Part shown: piece after piece, positions 62,890-64,000 of the stretch
How the letters are laid out: every line of letters starts with the position of its first letter
How positions within the stretch are numbered: position 1 is the first letter of the stretch
The notes under the pieces: generated by a model
Seen by the model: only the letters and a program-made list of their open reading frames with translations
What the model was told of the DNA's origin: nothing
The model's database searches: none
Program-made: the position numbers and the translations under genes
Source: Tubiluchus corallicola
Taxonomy: Eukaryota > Animalia > Priapulida
Assembly (NCBI GenBank): GCA_030141605.1
Contig: JAQGDQ010000242.1
Location: 62,001-126,000, forward strand
Reading direction: 5' to 3'
Length of the DNA: 64,000 nt

Positions 62890-63307
62890 GTGAGTACGAT
62901 ATCATAATCATGTATAGGGAAAGAGCTAATTTTCTACGACAATTGCCATTGTTCTTGGTTTATGAGATCAGGACATGGAGCAGTTGTTATATATGCTAGT
63001 GTCTTATCTAAACAAGCTGGTATAGTCACTATTGTTTTCACATGCGTTTTCACCACTTTTTTGCATAGGCAAAGTAAGCACAATTTATAGCATTTTGTAT
63101 ACTTAGAAAATTTATATTATAGTATTGATCATGGGGTATGTTTGCTATCAATGTACCCAGCTCACAAGGTTGCAAACCAATGGGTTGTTAACAGATTTGC
63201 TCGAACGGGCCAGAAAATGATGATGCGTGTGCATAAGAGTGCTATTTATAAGAACTATAATAACTCATTGCATGTAAAAGGCTTACCAACTTTATTTCTA
63301 TTTGAAG

Positions 63308-63696
63308 GGCTTCAATATTAACTGGGAAATACCCAGTAAGAAGTGGGATGTATCCAGGAGTTTTCAGTCCTAAGAGCATAGGAGGCTTACCCCTTGAGGA
63401 GCTAACTATTGCAGAATTCCTCAAAGACAATGGCTACAGCACAAGTCTGGTTGGCAAGTGGCATCTGGGATACGGAGAAAATGGAATGTACTTACCACTT
63501 TACCATGGATTTGATGAATACTACGGCATACCGTATTCACACGACAACTGCCAATGTGAGACTTGTTTCTACCCGGATATCGAATGCACAAACAAGTGTT
63601 ACCCATCACAAAACACAGTTCCTTGTCCGGTTATAGACAACACAACCATCGTAGAACAACCAGTGGATTTGACAGAAATGTCAAGCAGACATCTGG
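63308..63696 (+). CDS. ARSA: Arylsulfatase A-like, coding exon 2 (gene continues past window)
   Basis: ASILTGKYPVRSGMYPGVF..GGLPLEELTIAE..VGKWHLG..HGFDEYYGIPYSHD; |gtaagt. Confidence 0.85.
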
Positions 63697-64000
63697 GTAA
63701 GTAAACCAATTACAAAAACCACTATGTCCACTGGCTAACAATCCAAAAACAGAATGGTATATACTATTTGAAACAAGTGATAACAAAAATAGGATTAGCT
63801 TCTGACATCCTTCTCTTAGCCTTTAGAAAGAATAGCTATATAACATATGTAATAATCAAAGCATGTAGATAGACAACATGAAAGAAATATTATTCCTCTA
63901 ACAGATATGAATACCAGAACAACTGATGATGCTTGCCAGCCTTGGTTATGCTCCACCAGATTCCACATTTAATTACCAACTAAAGCCTAATTAAGACAGT

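Overview
AT-rich animal (invertebrate) genomic DNA, not prokaryotic. Left end, + strand: the long last exon of an ER glycerol-3-phosphate acyltransferase (GPAT3/4, 247-1494), then an intronless apoptosis-inducing factor (AIFM1, 3684-5597) with an extra Deltameth_res/COX7B-like membrane module at its N-terminus. Most of the window (about 6450 to at least 55000, - strand) is the 3' part of a dystrophin gene. I reconstructed 24 phase-consistent GT-AG exons: last spectrin repeats, WW, EF-hands, ZZ, coiled coils and the ancestral C-terminus. Its large introns hold a nested antisense alpha-tubulin lacking K40 that is flanked by convergent CTCF-like motifs, several candidate alternative first exons for short dystrophin isoforms (one with a myristoylation-like N-terminus), minisatellites, MITEs, SINEs and a decayed LINE. 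An arylsulfatase A-like gene starts at 62645 (+). Main leads: a possible GPAT-AIF operon-like, intron-purged pair, a bidirectional poly(A) signal shared by AIF and dystrophin, and the multi-promoter dystrophin architecture. Comparisons with human DMD exon sizes are from memory and need checking.
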